DNA of 64,000 nt from Candidatus Omnitrophota bacterium (GTDB lineage Bacteria > Ratteibacteria > UBA8468 > MWAK01): positions 1 to 64,000 of the forward strand of contig JBDRQI010000004.1 in assembly GCA_043826355.1 (NCBI GenBank). Direction: 5' to 3'. Below the pieces are notes generated by a model. That model had not been told where the DNA came from. It saw only the letters and a list, made by a program, of their open reading frames with translations, and searched no databases. Each line of letters opens with the position of its first letter. The stretch's first letter is position 1. Positions 19,297 to 29,858 of the stretch are shown here, one piece after another. Position numbers and translations under genes: made by a program.

Positions 19297-20277
19297 TTAT
19301 TTTACATCCTTGACGCACCGGAACCCCAGGTTCGGCGCCGGCATCGTTCCCTTGAATTGCGCGTATGAGGAAAGCCCTTCTGCACCATCTTCAAAAGAGC
19401 CGCCCTTTACTATCTTCCAATGTTGGCTGCCGGAACTGTAAGGCGTAGCTGTCCATTCCCGGACGTTTCCCGTCAGGTCGAATATGCCGAAAGGGCTGCG
19501 GTCATACGGGAAGCTTCCTACCGGTGCTGTGGTTCCCTTGCCTTGCTGGTTGCCGCTACCGTTGGTGGCATTCGGATTATAATCATTTCCCCAGGGGTAC
19601 ATAAATCCTTCGTTGCCACGGTTGGCTCGTTCCCATTCCTCTTTGGTCGGTAATCTTTTTTCCGCCCATTTAGCGTAATTTGCTGCATCCTGGTAAGAGA
19701 CATTGACCACCGGGTGGTCCGCTAATTCAACCGGGTAGGTCCCGTTCTTCCAGATATTGTATTTCAAGCCCCTGGGGTCAGCCGGCGGCTTGTGACCGGT
19801 TGCCTTTACAAAATCAGCATATTGCTGATTGGTAACCTCATATATATCCATTAAAAAAGACGGAACGTTAACCTTAACCGGCGTTTCGCTTTCATTCCAG
19901 CCCGTGATGTAATCACCGGTTGGCACCAGGACCATATTTTTCGGGGAGGCTGTTGCTTGCCCCTGGCTCTGGGGTGTTCCGCTTGAGGTTGCAGAACCGC
20001 CGCCGCTGATACCCGGTAGCGCTAATCCTGGCACAGGTCTTGGAACGGAAAGACCGCCTGCTTGATGTGTTCTGGAATCGATAGAAACCTGACCTAATCC
20101 CTGCGTTTTTTTGGCTATGTTTCTGGCAATGATTATAATGCCGGCGATAAGACCCAGGACAACCACGATTAAAAAGAAGGATATGGTTGCGTTGGATAAA
20201 GCGCTCTGTTTTTTCGAAGATTTGGCTGCTTTTACAACTTCGACCGCGTCTTCTTCCGAAAGTAAGATGTTCGGCAT
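19297..20277 (-). CDS. Membrane-anchored FGE-sulfatase domain (SUMF1/EgtB/PvdO-like) protein
   Basis: YEVTNQQY, HPVVNVS, RLPTKEEWE, DLTGNVREW, GFRC; N-terminal TM. Confidence 0.88.
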   Translation of the reverse strand: MPNILLSEEDAVEVVKAAKSSKKQSALSNATISFFLIVVVLGLIAGIIIIARNIAKKTQGLGQVSIDSRTHQAGGLSVPRPVPGLALPGISGGGSATSSGTPQSQGQATASPKNMVLVPTGDYITGWNESETPVKVNVPSFLMDIYEVTNQQYADFVKATGHKPPADPRGLKYNIWKNGTYPVELADHPVVNVSYQDAANYAKWAEKRLPTKEEWERANRGNEGFMYPWGNDYNPNATNGSGNQQGKGTTAPVGSFPYDRSPFGIFDLTGNVREWTATPYSSGSQHWKIVKGGSFEDGAEGLSSYAQFKGTMPAPNLGFRCVKDVK

Positions 20278-20446
20278 ATTTTTTTACCTGATATTCTTTT
20301 AATAACAGCGTTTAAGTCTATTAAATATTATATATTAAAAATAAGCGAAAATCAACAACAAGGATAAGAAGTGGTAGAAAATGTAATACCTTAAGAATTT
20401 TAAGGATTTGATTTTCGTGTTTGTTAAAGCGTAAAATAAATACGAT

Positions 20447-21895
20447 ATGGCGGAAAAAGAACTGCTTCAAGAACGGGAACAGAAACTGAATACGATTATT
20501 CAGGCCGGCATCTATCCTTATGGTCTTCGTTTTGACCGGAGCGTCCCGGCGCGGGAGGTGGCTGACGATGCCGGCGATGTTCGGATTGCCGGAAGAATTG
20601 TTACAATGCGCAATCACGGAAAGGCCGCTTTTGCAGACTTGGAGGACCTTTCCGGCCGCATTCAGGTCTATCTTCAGCAGGATGTCCTCGGTTCCGGATT
20701 TGACCTCTACCGGCTATTGGATATCGGAGATATCGTTGGGATATCCGGAGAACCATTTCGCACCAGAACCGGCCAGTTGACCGTCAAAGTTAAGGAATTG
20801 ACGCTTCTTTCCAAAACAAACCGGCCCCTTCCGGAAAAATGGCACGGTCTGAAGGATATTGAAATTAGGTTTCGTCAGCGTTACCTTGATTTGATTGCCA
20901 ACCCGGAAGTGCGGGAAGTTTTTGTTGCGCGCAGTCTTATTGTCAGCCGTATCCGGGAACGCCTGAACGGGGAAGGTTTTTTGGAGGTGGAAACGCCGAT
21001 GATGCACCCGATTGCTGGTGGAGCGGAGGCCAGACCGTTTGTCACTCATCACAATACCCTGGATATGGACCTTTATCTGCGTATCGCCCCGGAACTATAC
21101 CTGAAACGGCTTCTGGTTGGCGGTCTGGAAAAAGTTTACGAAATAAACCGTTCTTTTCGCAATGAAGGCATTTCACCGCTCCACAATCCCGAGTTTACCA
21201 TGCTGGAACTTTACGCGGCGTACGCTGATTACAACGGGATGGCTGAAATTATTGAAGGTCTGGTTCTATATTTGCTGGAGACCAATATCCCGGGTGTGAA
21301 CCGTTCGGGAAACAAGATAAATTATCAGGGGGTGGAAATCGACCTGTCTCCGCCCTGGCGCCGGGCGACCTTATCCGGCCTGATGAAGGAACAGGCCGGT
21401 ATCAGCGATCTGCGGAACCGGGGGGAATTGCTTGCCTGTCTTCGGAAAGAGGGGGCGCCGCTTACCGGAACCGAAACGGTTTTCGATTTGCTGGACGTTC
21501 TTTTCAAACTAAAGGTTCAGCCGAAATTGGTAGCGCCGGTCTTTGTGATGGATTATCCCCGGGAAATTTCACCCCTGGCCAAGAGTAAACCGGAGGAGGC
21601 GGAAACGGTAGAACGGTTTGAACTTTTTATCGCCGGGATAGAGGTTGGCAATGCCTATTCGGAATTGAACGACCCGGAAGAACAGCTCCGTCGGTTTGCG
21701 GAAGAGGTTAAGCATAATCGTCCGGACCGGCCCAAAGTTGTGGATGAAGATTATCTTCTCGCCCTTTCCTACGGGATGCCGCCGGCCGGCGGTCTGGGAA
21801 TAGGTATCGACCGCCTGGTAATGTTGTTGACGAACCGGCCCTCTATCCGTGAAGTAATTCTTTTCCCGCTCCTGCGTCCCCAGGCTGGAGGGTAG
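20447..21895 (+). CDS. lysS: Lysine--tRNA ligase, class II
   Basis: OB anticodon domain, PLPEKWHGL, RQRYLDLI, YLRIAPELYLKRL, GMPPAGGLGIGIDRL. Confidence 0.97.
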   Translation: MAEKELLQEREQKLNTIIQAGIYPYGLRFDRSVPAREVADDAGDVRIAGRIVTMRNHGKAAFADLEDLSGRIQVYLQQDVLGSGFDLYRLLDIGDIVGISGEPFRTRTGQLTVKVKELTLLSKTNRPLPEKWHGLKDIEIRFRQRYLDLIANPEVREVFVARSLIVSRIRERLNGEGFLEVETPMMHPIAGGAEARPFVTHHNTLDMDLYLRIAPELYLKRLLVGGLEKVYEINRSFRNEGISPLHNPEFTMLELYAAYADYNGMAEIIEGLVLYLLETNIPGVNRSGNKINYQGVEIDLSPPWRRATLSGLMKEQAGISDLRNRGELLACLRKEGAPLTGTETVFDLLDVLFKLKVQPKLVAPVFVMDYPREISPLAKSKPEEAETVERFELFIAGIEVGNAYSELNDPEEQLRRFAEEVKHNRPDRPKVVDEDYLLALSYGMPPAGGLGIGIDRLVMLLTNRPSIREVILFPLLRPQAGG

Positions 21896-21921
21896 CCGCA
21901 GGCTTTAGCCTGCGTCCTTAA

Positions 21922-22155
21922 GTGATGGAAAAAGAACGAAAGGCCATCTGGCTGGAAAACGCTCTGATTATTACAGCGGTCGCCGCTCTGTGGCCGGCTA
22001 TTTTACGTTGGCCCGACCGGATAACCAGGCCGCTCCTTTATCTGGCGGTGGTTGCGATGGCGGTGATTGCCCGACGCCGGTGGCGCCGGTTGACGGATCT
22101 AAAAATTACAGGAAGAGACAAAGTCAGACACAAAAAAACAAAGGCACAAGATTAA
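21922..22155 (+). CDS. Small hypothetical membrane protein (two hydrophobic segments)
   Basis: Stop abuts the next ATG, suggesting translational coupling. Confidence 0.6.
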   Translation: MMEKERKAIWLENALIITAVAALWPAILRWPDRITRPLLYLAVVAMAVIARRRWRRLTDLKITGRDKVRHKKTKAQD

Positions 22156-22701
22156 ATGAAACGGGAGATCAGTTCCTGGATAAAAGTCATTTTTTTCTGC
22201 GGTTTTTTGATTTGGGTCGGTCTCTTTACCAATTTAATTCTCCGGCCCGGCGAGAACCGTCAGGCCAGGGAACAGGAAAAAAGGGGAGACATTTTTTTCA
22301 ATGAAGGCAAACCAGAAAGAGCCCTTTTTCACTGGCGCCGCGCCATCGCGCTGGCGCCAAAACAGCGAACTCCTTACGAAAAAATTTCAGCTTATTATCT
22401 GCTGCAAGGCCAGTGGTTAGAGGCGCGAAAGATTGTGGAAAGTGGTTTGACAGAATTGCCTTCGTGTGCTAATCTTTATTTTAATTTAGGTTTGAGTTAT
22501 TATTTTAGCGGCGACTATATTCGGGCCAGGGAGAATTTTAGGCGCGTGACAAAGCTTGATTCTTATTATCCCGACGCCCATTATTTTTTAGGGTTGATTT
22601 ACCGCCAGGAAGGTAAACCGAAGGAAGCAGGGGAGGAGTTTGTTCGGGAAGTGAACCTGGACCCGACCAGCCGCCGCGCTTGGACAGAAATCCGAAAATA
22701 A
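22156..22701 (+). CDS. Membrane-anchored TPR protein
   Basis: TPR patterns YFNLGLSYY..GDY..A, AHYFLGLIY; N-terminal TM. Confidence 0.85.
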   Translation: MKREISSWIKVIFFCGFLIWVGLFTNLILRPGENRQAREQEKRGDIFFNEGKPERALFHWRRAIALAPKQRTPYEKISAYYLLQGQWLEARKIVESGLTELPSCANLYFNLGLSYYFSGDYIRARENFRRVTKLDSYYPDAHYFLGLIYRQEGKPKEAGEEFVREVNLDPTSRRAWTEIRK

Positions 22702-22704
22702 TCG

Positions 22705-25700
22705 ATGAATATTTTCAAAAAAATCCGAGTCATTTTTTTATTCTTCAGTTTTATTCTTTTTTCCGCTGTTGCCGCGCAATCTTCAGTTCCGGAAGACATC
22801 GCCTATTTTTCTTCTTTGGCGTCCCGGGTGCCGGGTTATCCGGGAAACAAGGCGGCCGCCGATTACATTGAGGCGCGGTTCCGGTCGCTTGGTCTTCAGA
22901 AAATAAAGAGGGAAGTCTATTCGGTAACCGTGCCGGTGGAAGAGTCTGCCACCCTGGATTACCAGGGACGGGAGATAAAAGTTTCAGCTCTCTGGCCCAA
23001 TCACGTGCGTACTTCCACCCTTCCACCGGAAGGGATTACCGGAAACCTGGTCTACGGCGGGGATGGTTCCCTGGACAATTATTCTGGGAATGACCTGAAG
23101 GGTGCGGTTGTCCTGTTGGATTTTAACTGTGGATTTCGCTGGCTGGACGCCGGTTTGCTGGGTGCCCAGGCGGTTATTTTTATTGAGCCGGAGGATACGA
23201 CCTTTTTTGAAGCCCGGCGGAAATTTCTGAGTATGCCGCTGGATTTGCCCCGGTTTTATGTCAGCCGGAAAGACGCGGATTTTCTGCTTTTCAGTTTAAG
23301 TCGGACCCGGAACATCAAGACTGCCGGTCCGGCGCCGGCAAAGCTTCTGTGCCGGCAAAATTGGAAGGCGGCGCCGACCGAAAATATCCTGGGTTATATC
23401 CCGGGTACCGATTCAAAGCTGAAGGATGATATTATCTGTCTTTCCGCCCATTACGATTCAATTTCAGTGGTTCCTTCCCTGGCGCCCGGCGCAGACCAGG
23501 CCAGCAGCATTGCCGGACTGCTTGACCTCGCCGCGTACTTCAGCCAGAACCCTCCCAAACGGACTATTCTTTTCCTGGCCAACGGTAGCCATTTTCAGAC
23601 TCTGCGGGGCATAGGCGATTTTGTTACCAGACACTACCGCAAGGAAAAGACTTTTTTAACCAAGGATTTGGAACCGATTAACCTGAGGCTGTTAATCGGG
23701 CTTGAACTCTCCAGCCATTCCGATATTCTGGCGACCTACCATAACAGTGGAGCATTATATGCTCAGCGTTATTTTGCTCCGTTCGCCAAGAAATTCCTGG
23801 AATATGTCCCGGCTGCTTTTTCGGGCAAACTGCTTAACGGCGTCAGTCCGGAAAGAGGCATCTCTTTTTCCGCTTTTCTGCCGGAAGGCATTCGCACCGA
23901 CGGTGAACTTGCCCTCCAGGCCGGACTGCCTTCCCTTTCTTTCGTAACCGTTTATGACAACCGGCGTTATTTTGATACCCCGTTGGATATTGTTAGCCGC
24001 GTTAACATCGGAAAATTAACAACCCAGGTTGAACTCATGCGCCAGATGCTGTACCGGGCGTTCAATGATTCCGGGTTCTTTCCGGAGGCGGAGCTTGAAT
24101 TTAAAGATTATTTAGGTACCTTAAAAGGTCGCATCGTCTCTTTTGACCCCAGGACCGGTTTTGTTCCCAACCAGCCGGTGGCAAACGCAATCGTTTGCCC
24201 CAAATTTCCTTACGTTTCTTCTTACCAAAACCGCAAGAGCGCCTATGGAGTCCGGGGTGAGTATTTGGAATTGACTGACGATAAAGGACGGTTTAGCATC
24301 AATCAAACACCCCCGTACGTTGGTCAAAACACCATGCTGGAAGCCTTCTATCTGCATCCGGAGAACGGAAGAATTGTGATGGCTCCGGACCGGGGGGTTA
24401 ACGGCGCGGAAAATTACCCGATGCTTTTTAAGGTTGATGTACCGGTCAAGGAATGGTCAATCGTCCTGTTTGACTGTATTAGTACTAATCTCTACGATTT
24501 TATTGACCCCAGGTATTTGATCGGATTGGATAAGATGGATCTTTTTAATTCCGCCAATTCCATTCCGACCGCCTACGGTTTTTCGTACCAGGAAATCCCT
24601 GTTTGGGAATGGTCATCCGAGGTGGAGCCGGTAGCGGTTATCTATTCTGAACCGGGCATGGAGATTAAAGTTGCCGGTTCGGCCGGGCCGTTAGGGAAAA
24701 GGATTCTGCTCTTGAACTCTTCCGACAGCGAGACCAAATCTGATTCCGAAGGATTGGGCTATTCGGTAACCAATGACCCGTCCCTGCTCACGCTTACCCC
24801 TTACCGGGCGTGCCGGGACATGATTAACCTCAACGAATACCGGATCGGTAATTTTAAACAATTCGGTATTTCCAACGAAAGGCTGCTGACTCTTCACGAA
24901 GAGGCAAAAAAATGGTTTGCGATCGCATCCGATAACATGGTTCGGTTGGACTGGTTTTCTTTTCTGACCAACAGCCGGCGGGCGGTGGGTTTGGAATCCC
25001 GGGCTTACCCGGACGTGCGGGCTACCACCAATGACGTCATTAAAGGCCTTATTTTCTATTTTGTCATTCTCCTGCCTTTTGCTTTTTTCAGCGAACGACT
25101 CTTTTTTGGTTTTACCGATATCCGGAAACAAATTGCCGGAATTTTTGCCATATTTTTGTCCGTTTATACCGCGTTGCGTTTCGTGCACCCCGGTTTCCGT
25201 TTGAGCAGCAGCCCGGAAGTTATCCTGCTGGCTTTTATTATCCTCAGTCTTTCTGTATTGGTTATTTTTTTGGTTGCCGGCAAATTTGAAGAGCAGATGC
25301 AGCGCCTGAAACGAGAACGGGCCAAGGTTTACGAAACCGACGTGGGACGTCTTGCCGCCACCGGGGTTGCTTTTAATCTTGGAATCGCCAATATGAAGCG
25401 GCGGAAACTGCGCACCACGCTTACAGCAATTACCCTGGTACTATTGACTTTTACGGTTATTTCGTTTACTTCTATTAAAAATTACCTCCGTTTTAACCAG
25501 GTAGCCAGAGGGTATCCGGCCGCCTATGAAGGGCTGATGATTCGGGACCGTACCTGGTCTCCCCTGGAAGAACCCGGCTATGAATATATCAAAAATGAGT
25601 TTTCGGAGAAGGCGGTTGTAGCGCCTCGTTCCTGGTTAATTAATCCGGCTATTGAAGAGAAGACCTTTACCCGCGTCGCGTATGGAAAGCAGGAGACGTT

Positions 25701-27108
25701 TGCTTTCGGTCTGTTGGGCGTGACTGTTCAGGAACCGTTTATTACCGGTCTTGACCAGTTCCTGGTAGCCGGAAAGTGGTTTGAAGCCGATACGGAAAAA
25801 TCGGCTATTATTTCGGAAAAAATGGCTAAAAACCTTAACTTTTCTGTTTCGGAACTCGGTCAGGGTACGATAAATATTTTCGGGGAAAACCTGAAAGTGG
25901 CGGGGATTATCTCGGATGCGAAATTTAATGATTACAGCGATCTGGACGGTGAGAGACCGACACCGGTTGATTTTGCGACTATGCCCAGCCAGCAGATGAG
26001 CAAATTCAAGATGGAGCGTACCGCCAAAGTGATGGCTGGAGGAGGAAAAACCGAAACCTTTACCCATCAGGAAGCGGCTAACATTGTCATCGTGCCTTTC
26101 CAGTTCTTGCGCCAGCGCGGAGGTACCATCCAGTCAATAGCGGTTAAATTCAAGCCCGGTTATGATACCCGGCAAGAAATTGAAGATTTTGTTTCCCGGC
26201 TGGCAGTGACGATCTTTGCCGGAATCGGCGGTAAGACTTCAGTCTATTCTTCTCTTGAGTTGACTTCTTTTTCCGGAATCGGCAACCTTTTTATCCCCAT
26301 CCTGATCGCCAGCCTGATCGTTCTCAACACCATGATGGGTGCGGTTTATGAGCGTATCCGGGAAATTGGTATTTACGGGAGTGTGGGTTTGGCGCCCAGC
26401 CACATCGCCGCTCTTTTCTTCGCAGAAGCCTGCGTCTATTCGGTTTTGGGCGCGGTGGCCGGTTACCTGCTGGGCCAGGTGGTTACCAAGGTCCTGATGG
26501 CGGCCGGTCTGTTGAAAGGTTTGACGTTAAACTATTCCTCTCTTTCCGCAGTTAGTTCTACCATTATCGTTATGTTTGTAGTCTTTCTTTCCACTATCTT
26601 TCCGGCCCGGAAGGCTTCACAGATGTCTGTGCCGGACGTTACGCGGAGATGGGTTTTGCCCAAGCCGGATGGAGACATCTGGTTTTTTGATTTTCCGTTT
26701 ACGGTTGGAGAAAGAGAAGTTCTGGGTCTGATGACCTTTTTGCGTAATTATTTTTCTTCCTATTCGATTGAGGCGGTTGGTTCTTTTTATACCGCTGACA
26801 ACAGACTGTTTAAGGAGAGTGGTCCAAAGGGCAATTCCTATGCTACCGCCTGTCGTGTTTACCTCTCGCCGTTTGACCTGGGCGTGAGCCAGCAATTTAA
26901 ACTTTCGGCATTTCCGGTCGGGGAGTTTGGATTTTACGGGATAGAGGTTCGTCTGGAACGGAAAAGCGGAGAGGGGAGTGACTGGCAGCGGTTAAACCGG
27001 AGATTTCTTGATAGTATCCGGAAGCAATTTTTGGTTTGGCGTACGATAAACAAGGAGATTAAAGAGGGATACCGGCAGGAAGGTGAAAGAGAGTTGAGTG
27101 ATGGATAA
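22705..27108 (+). CDS. Large membrane protein: PA/M28 peptidase-like domain fused to a MacB/FtsX-type ABC permease
   Basis: Signal peptide; SAHYDS..PGAD M28-like motif; RRKLRTTLT and VYERIREIGIYGSVGLAP FtsX motifs; TM clusters. Confidence 0.8.
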   Translation: MNIFKKIRVIFLFFSFILFSAVAAQSSVPEDIAYFSSLASRVPGYPGNKAAADYIEARFRSLGLQKIKREVYSVTVPVEESATLDYQGREIKVSALWPNHVRTSTLPPEGITGNLVYGGDGSLDNYSGNDLKGAVVLLDFNCGFRWLDAGLLGAQAVIFIEPEDTTFFEARRKFLSMPLDLPRFYVSRKDADFLLFSLSRTRNIKTAGPAPAKLLCRQNWKAAPTENILGYIPGTDSKLKDDIICLSAHYDSISVVPSLAPGADQASSIAGLLDLAAYFSQNPPKRTILFLANGSHFQTLRGIGDFVTRHYRKEKTFLTKDLEPINLRLLIGLELSSHSDILATYHNSGALYAQRYFAPFAKKFLEYVPAAFSGKLLNGVSPERGISFSAFLPEGIRTDGELALQAGLPSLSFVTVYDNRRYFDTPLDIVSRVNIGKLTTQVELMRQMLYRAFNDSGFFPEAELEFKDYLGTLKGRIVSFDPRTGFVPNQPVANAIVCPKFPYVSSYQNRKSAYGVRGEYLELTDDKGRFSINQTPPYVGQNTMLEAFYLHPENGRIVMAPDRGVNGAENYPMLFKVDVPVKEWSIVLFDCISTNLYDFIDPRYLIGLDKMDLFNSANSIPTAYGFSYQEIPVWEWSSEVEPVAVIYSEPGMEIKVAGSAGPLGKRILLLNSSDSETKSDSEGLGYSVTNDPSLLTLTPYRACRDMINLNEYRIGNFKQFGISNERLLTLHEEAKKWFAIASDNMVRLDWFSFLTNSRRAVGLESRAYPDVRATTNDVIKGLIFYFVILLPFAFFSERLFFGFTDIRKQIAGIFAIFLSVYTALRFVHPGFRLSSSPEVILLAFIILSLSVLVIFLVAGKFEEQMQRLKRERAKVYETDVGRLAATGVAFNLGIANMKRRKLRTTLTAITLVLLTFTVISFTSIKNYLRFNQVARGYPAAYEGLMIRDRTWSPLEEPGYEYIKNEFSEKAVVAPRSWLINPAIEEKTFTRVAYGKQETFAFGLLGVTVQEPFITGLDQFLVAGKWFEADTEKSAIISEKMAKNLNFSVSELGQGTINIFGENLKVAGIISDAKFNDYSDLDGERPTPVDFATMPSQQMSKFKMERTAKVMAGGGKTETFTHQEAANIVIVPFQFLRQRGGTIQSIAVKFKPGYDTRQEIEDFVSRLAVTIFAGIGGKTSVYSSLELTSFSGIGNLFIPILIASLIVLNTMMGAVYERIREIGIYGSVGLAPSHIAALFFAEACVYSVLGAVAGYLLGQVVTKVLMAAGLLKGLTLNYSSLSAVSSTIIVMFVVFLSTIFPARKASQMSVPDVTRRWVLPKPDGDIWFFDFPFTVGEREVLGLMTFLRNYFSSYSIEAVGSFYTADNRLFKESGPKGNSYATACRVYLSPFDLGVSQQFKLSAFPVGEFGFYGIEVRLERKSGEGSDWQRLNRRFLDSIRKQFLVWRTINKEIKEGYRQEGERELSDG

Positions 27109-29056
27109 AAAAGAAAATATGTTATTGCCGGATGGTTTTGAAAGCGGTTTTAATATCAAAACTCTAATTGCGGCTCTTTTTGTCGGATTTATTATGTTGC
27201 CGGCCGGCATCTATATGGGTTTGATTGCCGGAACTTCTCTGGGAGCCGCCGCCCAGTGGGTAACGCTCATTCTTTTTGTCGAAGTGGCCAAAAGGTCATT
27301 TATTCAGTTGCGGCGTCAGGAGATTTACCTCATCTTTATCGTGGCAAATTCCCTGATGATGGTGGGTGCGGCCGGTCTCATGAACGGCGGCGCATTCAGT
27401 TCGTTGATTTGGGAACAGTATTTTGTGCAGTCGCCGTACGCCAAAGCTTTTGGACTTTCCGGCGAGATTCCCCTTTGGGCTGTTCCGCCGGCCGGCAGCG
27501 CGGCGCTTATCCAGCGCACCTTTTTAAGCAAAGTCTGGCTTGTGCCGATTCTGATTCTCCTGGCAACCCAGATATTGAGCCGGATTAACGCTTTTACGCT
27601 CGGATATTATTTCTTTCGGGTAACCAGTGATTTTGAGCGGCTGGAATTCCCGATGGCTCCGGTGGCGGCAGAAGGGGTCTGGGCGTTGACCGATCTTTCC
27701 GCCAACAAAGATACCAACCGCTGGCGCGTCTTTGTTGCCGGCGGCATGATCGGCATTATTTACGGCGCTTTTTACGTTTTCATCCCCACCTTTACCGGAC
27801 TGGTAATGGCCAAGCCGTTTACGCTCATCCCAATCCCTTTTGTTGATTTCACCAGTCAGATAAGTTCTTTTTTCCCGGCTTCAATTCTGGGTTTTATGAC
27901 CGACCTGGGTAACGTTTTTATCGGTTTTGTCCTGCCTTTCTGGGTGGTGCTGGGCACCTTTGTCGGTTCAATTGGGGCGCAGACTATTGCCAACCCCATC
28001 CTGTACAAAAATACGGGTTTCTTAAGAACCTGGCAGCCGGGAATGGGCGCTATCCCGACCTATACTTCCACGACGATAGATTTCTGGATAAGCGTTGGAA
28101 TCGGTCTGGGTATTGCGGTTTTGTTTCTGAGTATTGTCTCGGTTACTTCCAAGATGCGCCGGAGCGAAAAAAAGATTCAGACTGCAATTAAAATACCGGT
28201 GAACCGGGGCGATTCCCCCCTGTTGGTTATGCTGGGAATCTGGGTCCTCTCCACCCTGGCCTACGTGTTTCTTTGCCATGCCCTGGTACCTCATTTCCCA
28301 CCGCTCCTGATATTATTCTTCGGTTTTATCCTGACGCCGACGCTCACTTACATTTCTGCCCGAATGTTTGGCATAACCGGGGTTGCCAGCGGAATCTCTT
28401 TTCCCTATTTGGTGGAAGGAACCTACATTCTTTCCGGTTACAAAGGCGCGGATATCTGGTATATGCCTTTACCCTATTTTAACCACGGCGCCATGGCCCA
28501 GGGTTTCAAACAAATGGAGTTACTGAAGGTGCGTTTTACGGACTGGTATAAGACCGAATTCATGGCTTTGGGTATAATGCTTTTTTGCAGTTTCCTCTTC
28601 TGGGCGATTATCTGGAAAATGGGTCCGATTCCTTCGTCAACCTATCCTTTTGTGCAACGGATATGGCCGATGATGGCTATTCCGCGGGCGCTCTGGGTCT
28701 CTTCTACCGTAGAGGGCGGGGCCACCTGGCTGCTGGAGTCGATCAAAGGTTCGGTAATCGCTTGGAGCGCGGCCGGCGGTCTGATTACAGCCGGAATCCT
28801 GGTCCTCGTTAAAGTACCGATTTCATTTTTCTACGGGATAGTCGGTGGAATTCCAATGTTGCCGCACATGGCTTTTCCGATGTTATTCGGAGCCCTGTTA
28901 GGTAAATTTTTCTTTGCCCGTCGTCTCGGTGTTAAAGAATGGCGTAGTATGACCCCGTTACTCCTGGCCGGTTACGGATGCGGCATGGGTCTGGCCGGAG
29001 CGGCCTCAGTTGCCATCGCCCTGATCGCCAAAACAGTCTTTCAATTGGTGTATTAA
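27098..29056 (+). CDS. Polytopic membrane protein, OPT/YSL-like peptide transporter
   Basis: 652 aa with many TM segments; LEFPMAPV resembles the OPT LxFP motif; overlaps the upstream gene. Confidence 0.65.
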   Translation: MMDKKENMLLPDGFESGFNIKTLIAALFVGFIMLPAGIYMGLIAGTSLGAAAQWVTLILFVEVAKRSFIQLRRQEIYLIFIVANSLMMVGAAGLMNGGAFSSLIWEQYFVQSPYAKAFGLSGEIPLWAVPPAGSAALIQRTFLSKVWLVPILILLATQILSRINAFTLGYYFFRVTSDFERLEFPMAPVAAEGVWALTDLSANKDTNRWRVFVAGGMIGIIYGAFYVFIPTFTGLVMAKPFTLIPIPFVDFTSQISSFFPASILGFMTDLGNVFIGFVLPFWVVLGTFVGSIGAQTIANPILYKNTGFLRTWQPGMGAIPTYTSTTIDFWISVGIGLGIAVLFLSIVSVTSKMRRSEKKIQTAIKIPVNRGDSPLLVMLGIWVLSTLAYVFLCHALVPHFPPLLILFFGFILTPTLTYISARMFGITGVASGISFPYLVEGTYILSGYKGADIWYMPLPYFNHGAMAQGFKQMELLKVRFTDWYKTEFMALGIMLFCSFLFWAIIWKMGPIPSSTYPFVQRIWPMMAIPRALWVSSTVEGGATWLLESIKGSVIAWSAAGGLITAGILVLVKVPISFFYGIVGGIPMLPHMAFPMLFGALLGKFFFARRLGVKEWRSMTPLLLAGYGCGMGLAGAASVAIALIAKTVFQLVY

Positions 29057-29131
29057 TTATCCCGTTGTTGTAAAAGGCAAATTGTAAAATGTAAATTTAT
29101 TATTTTCAACAGTCAATTTGCGTTTTGCATT

Positions 29132-29746
29132 TTGAAATTTGCAATAGTGCAATCCAAAAAGAGAAATAACGCCTACATCTTTTCCGAACTTCCCTCCACG
29201 CAAGACAAGGCCTGGGAATTAATTTCCAACGGCGTCCCTTCCGGTTCCCTGGTTATTGCCGGCGCCCAGACTGCGGGCCGTGGCCGGCAAGGCAAAATCT
29301 GGCATTCTCCCGCGGGCAGTTTGTATTTTTCCCTCATTTTGTTCCCGGTTTCCTTCCGGCAGTCCAAAGGTATTACGTTGTCTGCCGCAAGAGCGCTGCA
29401 ACTTGCTTTAAAATCAGCGCTGGGTTTGAAAACCCGGTTTAAACTTCCTAACGACCTCTATTTTCAAGAAAAAAAGTTGGCCGGAATTATTCTGGAAGTG
29501 AAACGGGAGAAAGCGGTTTTGGGCGTGGGGCTTAATGTTAACTGCCGGACCGGTTCCTGGCCCGCTGGGGTATGCGCCGTTAGTCTGAAAGAGGTTCTAA
29601 ACAGGCGGGTCAGTCGTTGCGCCGTTCTTTCCGCTTTTCTGAACAATTTGCAAAAAACCTTGACATTTTCTCTCTTTGAAGATAAAATATACACGAAAAC
29701 AGAAAAAGAATACCACGGAAACACGGAAATTAGGAAGCACGGGTAA
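29132..29746 (+). CDS. birA: Biotin--[acetyl-CoA-carboxylase] ligase, catalytic domain only (start uncertain)
   Basis: STQ, QTAGRGRQG, KLPNDL, KLAGIL, GVGLNV; no HTH. Confidence 0.85.
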   Translation: MKFAIVQSKKRNNAYIFSELPSTQDKAWELISNGVPSGSLVIAGAQTAGRGRQGKIWHSPAGSLYFSLILFPVSFRQSKGITLSAARALQLALKSALGLKTRFKLPNDLYFQEKKLAGIILEVKREKAVLGVGLNVNCRTGSWPAGVCAVSLKEVLNRRVSRCAVLSAFLNNLQKTLTFSLFEDKIYTKTEKEYHGNTEIRKHG

Positions 29747-29802
29747 AGAGGTGCTCTAATTATTTTTTTTTGGTGTTTCCGCAGTTTTCCGTGTTTCCGT
29801 GG
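29713..29802. repeat. 17-bp perfect inverted repeat (CCACGGAAACACGGAAA / TTTCCGTGTTTCCGTGG)
   Basis: Seen directly; overlaps the birA 3' end. Confidence 0.75.
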
Positions 29803-29858
29803 GAGGGTTTTGTGGTTGCTTTTTGACAATACTGAGTTGAGGAAGGGGGTGAATCACA

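Noticed and set aside
20447..21895. lysS plus kamA as an EF-P beta-lysylation (EpmA/EpmB) system
   Set aside because: LysS has the full anticodon-binding domain and is 38 kb away; the aminomutase is the long KamA/AblA type and no efp is adjacent.
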